Source: Patescibacteria group bacterium | GTDB taxonomy: Bacteria; Patescibacteriota; Saccharimonadia; Saccharimonadales; JAZKJC01 | Assembly: GCA_040384565.1 (NCBI GenBank) | Contig: JAZKJC010000023.1 | Span: forward strand, 1,481-65,480 | DNA length: 64,000 nucleotides | Direction: 5' to 3' | Shown: piece after piece, positions 54,250 through 63,045 of the stretch | Layout: every line of letters begins with the position of its first letter | How positions within the stretch are numbered: the stretch's first letter is position 1 | Program-made: the position numbers and the translations under genes | Notes under the pieces: generated by a model | What the model was told of the DNA's origin: nothing | The model's input: only the letters and a program-made list of their open reading frames with translations | The model's database searches: none

Positions 54250-57129
54250 TTATTGGCTTACCGTAAAGTCAAAGTGATGATGGTTAGTTTCAGAGTTTTT
54301 CTTGCCGCCATATTTAGTTGCAATTGGTATTATGATGCTTAATGGGCCGGATTGAAGATCAAGGTCTACAGCCATTCCTATGTAATGCTTGGAGCCATCG
54401 GTGTGGCACTTATCAGTAAGGGCATTTACCATGATGTTTGTTTGTTGTCCAGCATCGACCAAAAACTGCAGGATTTTGGGATTAACTTCAGTTGTTTTGT
54501 TGGTAGCGTTTGCGCATGTAGTATAGGCAGGCTTGCCTTCAGATAATGCCACTATCACATCGCGAGTATTGACACCCTTGTTGGTCCAGTAGGTCACCCT
54601 AGGGTTCGTTAATAATTGTTTGGCCAATTCTTGTACGTTTCCCGCAGGCTGCGTTGGTGGGATTGTGGGTGTGCTGGAGGTCTGGCCACCACCATTCGCG
54701 CCTACGCCAATTTCTTCACAGGCCTCATTATCGCCCTCATAACAGGCAGCTGTTATGTGTGTCATTAGATCACCCACATAAAAACGATAACGCACAAATG
54801 TTGGATCGGTGCTTCTGCATTCAGCGTAATCAGGGGCTTCTGCAATTTTCTTCATATTAACTAACTGGCTTAGTTGGAATTTTTCCTGATCATCAAATTT
54901 TAGACCAAAACACTTTTCGCTGTACTTATTGTGCAATTCAGGAATTTGGGCGTCAATAATGCTTGCGTTTACATAAGGATTGGAGAATGATTCGTCGGTA
55001 TCTGCCCTTTCAAGTTCGGAAGGCCGATAGGCAAATTTAGGTAGCCCATAGTCGTAATTTTGGGGTTGTTGAGCTAAAGCCCTGGCACCAAACAGTTTGG
55101 TAAGCGAGCCAAAGGCAGCCGGGATGTCGACCAATCTTGCCATTGTTTTTGTCGGGTTGGATATATTTATTCGCGCCAAACCGCTCATTAATGAGTCGGT
55201 ATTTGCTAGTGAAAAGTAACGTTCAGTCCAAGGAGCTTCATCGGCGTAATGTTTATGTTCAGCCTCGGTCTGGGACCGTAATACAGTTCTTTCACCCTCG
55301 GATAATGGGGTAGCTGCCATAGTTAAAAACTGTTGGTCTGCTAGGAAAAAAGCGCCTTGATTTGACACTGAGCCCAAGGTAGCACCAGCCAAGTCTTCAC
55401 TTATCTCCTCACCTGCTACGTATTTTGCCAAGTCGTTTAGCAGTGGCCCAGCCGCCATGCTAGCCCCAAAGCCGACTACGGCCGATGCAGGAGCCAAAAA
55501 TAAATCAATTCCGAAAGTAAAAGCCATTCCTATAGGGCTATTTACGACCCCGCAGCCTTTCGAAAGCAGCCATTGCCCCGTTTCTGGGGTATCCTCCTGG
55601 AGTTGGGTAAGTATGTTATTAGAGCCACCTAGCTTTGCGGAATTAGGTGTATCTGGCCCAATCGGGTTTTGACCGAGCTCTGTTTGTATGCTTCTAGCTT
55701 CAAAAAACGAACTGGGTTCAGTTGTTGGATCATTGTCGTTAGATTCATCATACATTTGGTCAGATTCAAAGCCTACTTGCACTGCCTGTAGCTCGCTTTT
55801 ATCAGTACTTTGCAGTTGGCCGCCAAGCCCAAGCTGGTACCCTCCAACCCTCTCAGAGGGTTGGACTACATTTTGATATTCGGCGTCGCTAGCAACTGTA
55901 GCGAGTGTGTAAACCATGCAAATTAAGCCCGTAACCATATTTACCGCACCTGCAGTCGCTAGTCCGCTCCTTACATTCGTTTTGACGCTTTCTACTCTGG
56001 GCCGGCCTGTTAAATCCGGGTCAACATTACCAGCGCCGTCTACCGTGCCCGCAGCATCAGCCCCAGGGTTGGGTTTCGGGTTGCCGTTTTCGTCTGTTGC
56101 ATTGGGGCTGCCCCGGATTCGTATTCGTTCATCACCGCTAATTATTGACCGTTTACGTTCTTTCCAGCGCGTATAGGCGTCACCTGTATTTCTTACAAGT
56201 TTTTCGTCAATTTTTTTTATAGGGTGGAACATAGAAGGACTAATACGGTTAGCAACAAGCCTAGTCTGAATAAACGAACCAAATCCTGTTAACCCCAATG
56301 ATCCACGCGTCCTATCAAATAAAGCCCTGGTTTGACGTGCATTAAAATTCTCTGGAACATCAATCTCTACCAACTTATTGGTGGCATCAACCGCACCGCG
56401 AACGTTGAAGTCCTGGCGTAATTTGGCTAGATCATCAGCCGGAAACTTGGTTGTATCAACGCGTATTTTCTTCATAAAACCCCTACCATCAAACTCCAAT
56501 TCCATACCAGCTTTGGCATATCTGGTTTCAATTTTATCGGCCAGATTATTGCCTATACGGCTCAAACGGCGATTTTGCGGTTTATCCTGCCATTTGTAGT
56601 AGCGGTATATCCTAGCGGTTCGACCTTCAATATATGATTCAACAGCCCCAAAATGGAACTTTTGTAACATCTGAGCCGCATGAATTAACTTCAGCGGTCC
56701 CATAACAATTAACGCTACAAAGAAAGCAACAGCAACAATAACGCTAGAAATACTACTCAGGATAAAAATTTTTTTGGCCCTACTAAGATCGCCATACTTG
56801 GCCCTTAGGCCCTTTTTAGCAAGTTGAGTTGCTAATGATAGGGCCAATGGGGATAATCCACCACCGGTATAGCCATTGCCTAGTTGATCTCCTTCTCGTT
56901 GAGCTGCGGCTGTCCCAGAATAGGAATCTGCCGATTGCTCGGCATTTTGCAATTGGCTGGCATCTAGCTCATTGTTCTGGCTATTTGGCCCGGGAGATGG
57001 TCGATTGTAGGCATTTTCTAGATTTGCAATTTCAGCTTGTCTATCCGCCGGGTTAACCCCTAGGTCATCGTGCTGGCCGTTATTTCCGGCTGATCTTTCT
57101 TTTTCGTCATAGTATACGGGTACAGGCAC
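54250..57129 (-). CDS. Large polytopic membrane protein of the T4SS-like cluster with C-terminal LAS/M15-like domain
   Basis: 959 aa; disordered Q/N-rich N-terminus and several TM segments. The C-terminal SKHYIGMAVDL ... ETNHHHFDF resembles the C-terminus of 52959-54245. A VirB6-like role is a guess. Confidence 0.45.
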   Translation of the reverse strand: MPVPVYYDEKERSAGNNGQHDDLGVNPADRQAEIANLENAYNRPSPGPNSQNNELDASQLQNAEQSADSYSGTAAAQREGDQLGNGYTGGGLSPLALSLATQLAKKGLRAKYGDLSRAKKIFILSSISSVIVAVAFFVALIVMGPLKLIHAAQMLQKFHFGAVESYIEGRTARIYRYYKWQDKPQNRRLSRIGNNLADKIETRYAKAGMELEFDGRGFMKKIRVDTTKFPADDLAKLRQDFNVRGAVDATNKLVEIDVPENFNARQTRALFDRTRGSLGLTGFGSFIQTRLVANRISPSMFHPIKKIDEKLVRNTGDAYTRWKERKRSIISGDERIRIRGSPNATDENGNPKPNPGADAAGTVDGAGNVDPDLTGRPRVESVKTNVRSGLATAGAVNMVTGLICMVYTLATVASDAEYQNVVQPSERVGGYQLGLGGQLQSTDKSELQAVQVGFESDQMYDESNDNDPTTEPSSFFEARSIQTELGQNPIGPDTPNSAKLGGSNNILTQLQEDTPETGQWLLSKGCGVVNSPIGMAFTFGIDLFLAPASAVVGFGASMAAGPLLNDLAKYVAGEEISEDLAGATLGSVSNQGAFFLADQQFLTMAATPLSEGERTVLRSQTEAEHKHYADEAPWTERYFSLANTDSLMSGLARINISNPTKTMARLVDIPAAFGSLTKLFGARALAQQPQNYDYGLPKFAYRPSELERADTDESFSNPYVNASIIDAQIPELHNKYSEKCFGLKFDDQEKFQLSQLVNMKKIAEAPDYAECRSTDPTFVRYRFYVGDLMTHITAACYEGDNEACEEIGVGANGGGQTSSTPTIPPTQPAGNVQELAKQLLTNPRVTYWTNKGVNTRDVIVALSEGKPAYTTCANATNKTTEVNPKILQFLVDAGQQTNIMVNALTDKCHTDGSKHYIGMAVDLDLQSGPLSIIIPIATKYGGKKNSETNHHHFDFTVSQ

Positions 57130-57147
57130 TTTATTTCCTCTTTGTGA

Positions 57148-59067
57148 TTATGCGCCGGGGTACAGACGATTCTGTAGGTCTATCGTTCCCTGCGGTTGGT
57201 TGAATTCACCAGATTGCTCCATGGCCTTAATTTGGTCCGGATTGGTGGTAATAAGTCCCGCCTCTGTTGGGCTGGCTGTTATCTGTATATGCACATGGTT
57301 TTGCCCGGCAAAGAACAGCCCCTGGCCTACCGGGAATTGGCTCAGCCGCTTCTTTTCCTCGCTAGTGAGCTTGAAAGTATCTGCCAAAACATCTACGGCT
57401 GAGGGAGATTGTTTAAGCAAAATTTGCATGCTTGCGTTAGCTACAATTGCCCGGCCCATGCGTGAACCCATAAAGTCTTCAACATCTTGTGTGATGGTGG
57501 TAATGCCAAGGTTATATTTACGAGCCCGCTTAGCCAAAGAAAATAAGAAATTAGCCGAATCCTCATATTTCATCAGCTGCCAGGCTTCGTCGACTATTAA
57601 GATGCGTTTTTTCTGGTCAGATTTAGTCTTATTCCAGATAAAATTCAACACTATATACATTGCTACGGGCCGCAGTTCATCCTCCAGGTCGCGAATATTA
57701 AACACCACCAACGGATTGTTGATGTCTATATTGCTTTGCTGGCTAAAGATGCCCGCGAATGTTCCAGTAGTGTATTTGCGCAGCCTTTGAGCCAACTGTG
57801 GGCCTGTGCCACCCATATGAAGCAGCGTATCGTACAAGTCCGCGATGGTAGGTGGCTGAGAATTGTGTGTTAGTGGGTCATTAGTAATGCCGGCTTTGGC
57901 GTAAGTTTCAATTAATGAAGCATCAAGGTCAGCCTCTTCTGTTGGTGTTAGGGCTGGCGCAATCATGCTGGCGCCGCCTGTTTGGCTAGCAGCCATTTGG
58001 GCTTGAGCACCACCCATCATTAGCCTAAGCAGCCCATGCAAAGTAATTAAGTTGCTTCTTAGCGCATTGTCAGCCTCCTCAGTATCAACTACCTTGGGTA
58101 GTTCAAAGGGGTTAATGCGCACCGTTGAGTTTAGGCTTAAGCGCACATAGGCGCCACCAACGGCTTCAGCCATACGTTCGTACTCATTCTCCGGATCAAT
58201 AATAAAAATTTCTGTGCCGTACATCATGCTGCGGATGGCCTCCAGCTTAACAGTAAAGCTCTTTCCCGCGCCAGACTTGGCAAACACTACTGAATTGCCG
58301 TTTTCCAGAGAAAACCGGTCAAATATAACTAGTCCGGAATTGTGCATATTGATTCCATAGAGAATACCGTTATCTTGTGTCAAATCGGCGCTGGTAAATG
58401 GAAATGTCGTGCTGAGAGCGCCGGTGCTAAAGTTACGCTTAATCTGCAACTGATCACTAAACTGTGGAATCGTGCTGTTGAAGCCCTGCTCCTGCTGGCT
58501 GGTTGCCGGCTTAGAGTAAACCAGTTGCTGGCCCAACACTGACTCCACTTTATGAGCCACAAATTCCAGCTCGTCCATTGAAGAAGCATAGATGGTAAAG
58601 TAAATGCTAAACCGGAAAAATCTTTCCTCACCCACTTGCAACTTGTCGCGCATTTCTTCGGCGTCAATAATAGCCGCTTGTTTGCCGGGGTCACGTACTC
58701 GGCCTTTCTCTGAATCTATCTGAATTCCGGCTTCTATTTGGCTCACTTTTTTGCGCAGATTTTCCAGAACAACCTGGCTTTCCACCGGGTAAACATACAT
58801 CGATAGATCAATAACTTCGTCCAGATTAACGATGCTGGATAGCCAACCCGTAAAGACCTGATGAGGAAAACCAAAAATATAGTACGTCCGGGCAATCCTG
58901 GTACCAATCTGGAAGTGGCTGGCAGAATATTCCAAGGAACTTGGCGCGATAAAATCACGCAGCGCTGTAATGCCCTTTTGGAAAGCAATCTGCACCTCCT
59001 GTTGCTCACGCATCTGCTGCTGCTGTGCCAAACTAACCGGATCCAAAGGTTGCTTACGCTTGCTCAT
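57148..59067 (-). CDS. VirB4/TrbE-family type IV secretion ATPase
   Basis: 639 aa; Walker A FAKSGAGKSFTVK, Walker B ILIVDEAWQLM. The N-terminal domain pattern is RTYYIFGFPHQVFTGWL. Confidence 0.75.
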   Translation of the reverse strand: MSKRKQPLDPVSLAQQQQMREQQEVQIAFQKGITALRDFIAPSSLEYSASHFQIGTRIARTYYIFGFPHQVFTGWLSSIVNLDEVIDLSMYVYPVESQVVLENLRKKVSQIEAGIQIDSEKGRVRDPGKQAAIIDAEEMRDKLQVGEERFFRFSIYFTIYASSMDELEFVAHKVESVLGQQLVYSKPATSQQEQGFNSTIPQFSDQLQIKRNFSTGALSTTFPFTSADLTQDNGILYGINMHNSGLVIFDRFSLENGNSVVFAKSGAGKSFTVKLEAIRSMMYGTEIFIIDPENEYERMAEAVGGAYVRLSLNSTVRINPFELPKVVDTEEADNALRSNLITLHGLLRLMMGGAQAQMAASQTGGASMIAPALTPTEEADLDASLIETYAKAGITNDPLTHNSQPPTIADLYDTLLHMGGTGPQLAQRLRKYTTGTFAGIFSQQSNIDINNPLVVFNIRDLEDELRPVAMYIVLNFIWNKTKSDQKKRILIVDEAWQLMKYEDSANFLFSLAKRARKYNLGITTITQDVEDFMGSRMGRAIVANASMQILLKQSPSAVDVLADTFKLTSEEKKRLSQFPVGQGLFFAGQNHVHIQITASPTEAGLITTNPDQIKAMEQSGEFNQPQGTIDLQNRLYPGA

Positions 59068-59086
59068 TGGTTAACCCCAATGAGTT

Positions 59087-59150
59087 CAAATCCGAAATCT
59101 GAAATCAGAAAACCGAAACAAATCCGAAATCTGAAATCAGAAAACCGAAA
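59087..59150. repeat. 2 x 32-bp tandem repeat (3' flank of cassette)
   Basis: CAAATCCGAAATCTGAAATCAGAAAACCGAAA occurs twice in perfect tandem. Confidence 0.9.
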
Positions 59151-59152
59151 CA

Positions 59153-59554
59153 TTACGCCGTGCTCCTAAGGATGGCGCCAAGAATTTTCATGATTTCAGT
59201 AGCTTCATTCAAGAGCTTCTGTTGAGCGGCTATGAACTCCGGTGGAGCAACCATAACTTCCAGCCACCAAATTGTTTCCCTAGCTTCTTTCTTTGCGATT
59301 TTTATACGCATAGCAAAGTCTTTCTTGCTAAGTGATTCATTAGCCTCAAGATAATTCGCGCCAACAGAACCCGAAGAACGAACCACTTGTTTCCCATCTT
59401 CTATGAATGCTGTTGTCTTAGGCAGCTTACTCACAAAAGAACGAACATCACGCGCAAATAATAACGCACGATCCTCCAGGTCAAACCGTTTCTGATTTCG
59501 TGCTTCGAGTTTCGTATTTGTTTCTGATTTCGTGCTTCGAGTTTCGTATTTCAT
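59153..59554 (-). CDS. Four-helix-bundle protein (23S rRNA IVS protein / Avd-like family)
   Basis: 133 aa; FDLEDRALLFARDV, SSGSVGANYLEANESLSKKDF, KKEARETIWWLEV. The first 22 aa are encoded by flank repeats. The start overlaps the upstream stop as TAATG. Confidence 0.85.
   Translation of the reverse strand: MKYETRSTKSETNTKLEARNQKRFDLEDRALLFARDVRSFVSKLPKTTAFIEDGKQVVRSSGSVGANYLEANESLSKKDFAMRIKIAKKEARETIWWLEVMVAPPEFIAAQQKLLNEATEIMKILGAILRSTA
59488..59551. repeat. 2 x 32-bp tandem repeat (5' flank of cassette, inside its N-terminal codons)
   Basis: GTTTCTGATTTCGTGCTTCGAGTTTCGTATTT occurs twice. It is an imperfect inverted counterpart of 59087-59150, sharing TTTCTGATTTC / GAAATCAGAAA. Confidence 0.9.
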
Positions 59555-60516
59555 TATTGTAGTTCTTTCTCAAGGTTTGGCTGGCGAGCCATACCTTGTC
59601 CCTTTTCTATGACAGGGGCTGATAAATCCGCGAAATTTTTGAGTGGTTGCCGTGTGGCTGTATCTGGGTTATAAGTATCATAATAAAGCTCAATCAACTC
59701 CTGGGTATCCAAGGGCAATCCCTGGATACTGCACTGTTGCAGCCCGCCCAATACGGCCTGTACTCGGTTACGTAATTCATCCTTGGCTTTATTCAAATCC
59801 GCCTCATGAATAGTGACATGTTGCTGCTTATTATTAAGCAAACCCTTAAGCCCGCTAAAAAAGTTTTTGCTTTGTGTCAGGGCTTTAGTGAGATCCGCTA
59901 TCGGGAAATACGGCACCACCACATAAAACTTCTTGTCCATGATGTTGGTTTGCTGTGACAAATCACTAATAAAGCCAATGTAATCCTCCATCAGCAACGA
60001 TAAAAGCATGTTGTCATGTTCTGAGCGGATTTTATCTAAACGGTCAATATAGGGGCGTAAATCTACTTTTTGCGAACGGACAAAAATTTGTACTGGGAAG
60101 TAAAGCGAGTTCAAAAAGCCCTGATAACTATACTCTACGGCTTCGCGTTCCTGTGGACTCATCAGATCAAAATTAATAGATTTAACCATAATCACAGATC
60201 TGAAACTGCCATCATTCATAATGACTATGCCGTCCCTTATCTCGGCGATTTGCAAGGTGTTCTGGGTACTGTTTGGGTTTGATTTGATTGGGGCTACAGC
60301 TGGAGCCAAGCCTTGCATGCCAACAGGCATAGCCGGTTGCATTGGCGTCCCTAGGCTATAACCCTGAGGTTGTTGATAGGCTGGTGGATAGGCTTGAGCT
60401 TGGCCAACTGGGCTTGGCGGTGGCGGTCCATAGGCAGCGTAAGGGTCTGTCGCGACAGGCTGGGGTGCCTGAGCTCCCATCTGCGGGTTATTCTGCGCTT
60501 GTGTATTTGGATCCAT
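59554..60516 (-). CDS. T4SS-cluster protein: Pro/Gln-rich N-terminus plus a domain resembling VirB4 N-terminal regions, no ATPase motifs
   Basis: 320 aa. RSVIMVKSINFDLMSPQEREAVEYSYQGFLNSLYFPVQIFVRSQKVDLRPYI is reminiscent of VirB4-type N-domains. This assignment is tentative. Confidence 0.4.
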   Translation of the reverse strand: MDPNTQAQNNPQMGAQAPQPVATDPYAAYGPPPPSPVGQAQAYPPAYQQPQGYSLGTPMQPAMPVGMQGLAPAVAPIKSNPNSTQNTLQIAEIRDGIVIMNDGSFRSVIMVKSINFDLMSPQEREAVEYSYQGFLNSLYFPVQIFVRSQKVDLRPYIDRLDKIRSEHDNMLLSLLMEDYIGFISDLSQQTNIMDKKFYVVVPYFPIADLTKALTQSKNFFSGLKGLLNNKQQHVTIHEADLNKAKDELRNRVQAVLGGLQQCSIQGLPLDTQELIELYYDTYNPDTATRQPLKNFADLSAPVIEKGQGMARQPNLEKELQ

Positions 60517-60838
60517 CTTTATTCTTTTCCCACCTAAGAAAGTTATAATTACATCTTATTATATCAAGACAGTGAGTTAAGTGCACAGAATAGCCCATTT
60601 ATTAATTTTCAATTTTCAATTTTTCAATTTTCAATCAAGGATCAATGACTCAAATAATCCAAAAATTCGACCTGGAGGAACGGACGGCTCGTTTCGGGGA
60701 AGACGTCATTAAACTTTGTCGAACCATTAAGCAAGATGCTATTACCCGTAGTTTGGTTGATCAAGTCATACGATCGGCGACAAGTATAGGAGCTAACTAT
60801 ATGGAAGCCAATGGCGCGAGTTCTAAAAAGGATTTTCG

Positions 60839-61932
60839 AGGTTATAGGAACTTTCGTGGAGGTTTTGGCTCCTCCGTTCGGCTGTAAAGATACCACTCAA
60901 CCAGCCGTCTTTGGTGTTCTTCGCTCATGCCCCGATGTAGCTTGAGCTTGGTTCTGAGCTGGGAGTTAATACCACCCTCTACATAGTTAGTAGTTCTGGG
61001 GATTGGTTCGGTAGTTAGCGCAGTATCCAGGTAAGTGAATAATTGGTTAGTTTGCACTAGTTTCTCCAGTTGTTTGTAGGCTGAGCGTAAGCCCCTATGG
61101 GTATACCACCAGCGTCTATGACCGCTGGTTGGACTGGCAAAGTAGGTTCGCTCCCGGATGAAGCTACCGTATTGTTCCTGCCATGCCTGGAGACGTTGTT
61201 GCCACTCCAGCGATTGTTGGCTGGTCTTGACCTGCCACAAATCTCTGGTGAGTTGGAGTAGCTCCTGTCCAGCAATGGTTTGCGGATGGAGCGTGAGCTT
61301 AACCCGGATGTTCTGCCAGACATGAAACACACAACGCTGAATCCTGGTCTTTGGCCAGCACCGAACAATAGCCAGCAGGACACCTTTCTGGCCATCACAA
61401 ACGATCACTAAGGGAGCTGGCAGCCTCCCAAGCAGCAGCGACCAGGTATTCCCAGATTCCCAACCGACCCACTGCCAGGCGATAACAGCAGTTGGGGTGC
61501 GGGCTATGAGGCAGACCATACTACCAACTCGGATACCGTCAATGAGGATGATGGGGTATAGCTCACCCGTAACCTCAGGCTTTGGAGCAATCTCCCAGCA
61601 CCAGGCTGTCTGAGACCGCCAGGCGCGGTCAGTTACGCCATGGCCGAGTTCGGTCTGCGATTGTTTACCTAGCAACCAGGATACGAAGCGTTCTAGTACA
61701 AATGCCTGGCTTAAGTCAGCTCGTGGCTTGGTAGCACTGCTGGTGCAGCGCGGGCAATACCATCGTTGAGTGCCAGCAGCCGTTAAGCCACGTTTTTGTA
61801 GTTTCTTGCTGCACGTGGGACAGGCATACTTATAGGCTCTTTTTTCATACCATTAATGTCTCACGACATTAATTAAACACAAATAACAGAGGGGAATTGG
61901 TTAAAAAACCTCCACGAAATTTCCGATTAGCC
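60839..61932 (-). mobile_element. IS element (IS256/Mutator-like transposase) with 8-bp target duplication
   Basis: 1094 bp. Direct repeat GATTTTCG lies at 60831-60838 and 61933-61940. The terminal inverted repeats of about 28 bp are imperfect (..GGAACTTTCGTGGAGGTTTT / AAAACCTCCACGAAATTTCC..). Confidence 0.8.
60842..61848 (-). CDS. DDE transposase (IS256/Mutator-like), N-terminal Zn-ribbon out of frame at an A6 run
   Basis: The main ORF carries VCDGQKGVLLAIVRCWPKTRIQRCVFHVWQN and TTNYVEGGINSQLR. Upstream, the same frame encodes YACPTCSKKL...WYCPRCT. The only ATG (61848) is one frame off, across AAAAAAG (61840-61845). Confidence 0.65.
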
Positions 61933-62167
61933 GATTTTCGTAACAAAGCACATATCTGCAAAAAAGAAGCTCAGGAAACCCAGCACTGGCTCCGTATGCT
62001 AAGTGCCGCTGTACCAGAACATAAAGACGCATTACGCGTCCTGTGGCAAGAGGACCATGAATTCGTACTAATCTTCCAGAAAATAATTTCGAGTTTGAAA
62101 CAATGAAAAATGGTATTTGAATGAAAATTGATAATTGTAAATTGGAAATTCCTTTGCGCTAACTCAC

Positions 62168-62191
62168 AAGCTAATAGCTGATGGCGTATAG
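62168..62191 (+). repeat. Cassette-flank word, copy 1 (AAGCTAATAGCTGATGGCGTATAG)
   Basis: Direct repeat of 62896-62926 (AAGCTAATAGCTTGTAGCTGATGGCTTATAG). The pair brackets the PIN/RHH module. Confidence 0.7.
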
Positions 62192-62197
62192 TTCTAA

Positions 62198-62611
62198 TTA
62201 GGCCTGGTTGGGGGCTACAGTTTGCAGTAGCGGGACATGATTGAAGTGCCTATCGTTGGTTGCCAAAGTGCAAGTGTATTGTAGGCTCAAGGTTGCGATC
62301 CAGAGGTCATTCGTAGGTATTGGAGTACCCTTAAGAGCCAATTCTGCCCAAAGTCGGGCGTATATTTCTAACGTTTCATGGTTTGGGAATAGAACGGTTA
62401 CTCTTTCTGAAGCTAGAAAAGCATCTAGTTTCGCATAATTTTTAGTCATACGATTGCCTTTTTGAAAGCCAGCCCTTAGCTCGGCTACCACAATAAAAGG
62501 CATCAATATCTCACAACCACCAACCACCATTTCTTTAAGTTTGGTTGCTTTGCCCTCTATGAATTTATCGTATGAGTTAGTGTCAATGCTAACTCTTAAA
62601 TCGTTGGCCAT
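62198..62611 (-). CDS. PIN-domain toxin (VapC-like)
   Basis: 137 aa; SIDTNSY, VVAELRAG, TNDLWIA, LATNDRHF acidic/PIN motifs; overlaps the antitoxin gene. Confidence 0.8.
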   Translation of the reverse strand: MANDLRVSIDTNSYDKFIEGKATKLKEMVVGGCEILMPFIVVAELRAGFQKGNRMTKNYAKLDAFLASERVTVLFPNHETLEIYARLWAELALKGTPIPTNDLWIATLSLQYTCTLATNDRHFNHVPLLQTVAPNQA

Positions 62612-62853
62612 AGCTCTTTGTCAATCTTGTGTTGGGCATCGAACGCCTTTCGTTCCTCGGTGCCAATACCGCCACTGCCATAAAACCAATCAAGGTCGTT
62701 ATAAGTCTTGTTTTTTTCTGCTTGGCCTGTGGCCTGCTGTAGCACTTCCACTATTGTCGCGTTAAAGCTTTGCCCCTGTTTCCGGGCACGCCGGCGCAAA
62801 ACCTTATCAACGGGCTCCGGAATATTACGAATGGTATATTGTATACTACTCAT
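62596..62853 (-). CDS. Ribbon-helix-helix antitoxin (VapB/FitA-like)
   Basis: The likely start is MSSIQYTIRNIPEPVDKVLRRRARKQGQSFNATIVEVL (the track ORF extends to 62892). The beta-strand plus two helices pattern fits RHH. Confidence 0.65.
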   Translation of the reverse strand: MSSIQYTIRNIPEPVDKVLRRRARKQGQSFNATIVEVLQQATGQAEKNKTYNDLDWFYGSGGIGTEERKAFDAQHKIDKELWPTI

Positions 62854-62895
62854 GTAGGCAGTATACATAATATGTATGCATAAGTCAAGCAAAAG

Positions 62896-62926
62896 AAGCT
62901 AATAGCTTGTAGCTGATGGCTTATAG
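62896..62926 (+). repeat. Cassette-flank word, copy 2
   Basis: See 62168-62191. It is followed by a 17-codon four-helix-bundle gene stub. Confidence 0.7.
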
Positions 62927-62943
62927 CAGTTAAAATAGAGGCA

Positions 62944-62997
62944 ATGGCGACAAACTCATTTAAAGACTTGTTTGTATGGCAAAAGTCCAGCCACTAA
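62944..62997 (+). pseudogene. N-terminal stub of a four-helix-bundle gene
   Basis: My translation is MATNSFKDLFVWQKSSH*. FKDL.VWQK is the family N-terminal signature. Confidence 0.6.
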
Positions 62998-63045
62998 GCA
63001 GTGCGTGTTGAGAGGTGAGCGGTGAGATAGGAAGAGAAAGGGCTA

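Larger units (their letters stand above)
60645..62106 (+). pseudogene. Four-helix-bundle gene split by an IS insertion
   Basis: The 5' part ends ...GANYMEANGASSKKDF(R) at 60838. The 3' part resumes DFRNKAHICKKEAQETQHWLRML from 61933. Joined across the duplicated GATTTTCG, the two parts restore a normal family member. Confidence 0.85.

Noticed and set aside
59087-59150. A CRISPR array. Tandem direct repeats occur here, at 59488-59551 and at 60604-60635.
   Set aside because: There are only two abutting 32-bp units (or 7-8-bp microrepeats) with no spacers and no cas genes. They are better explained as cassette flanks.
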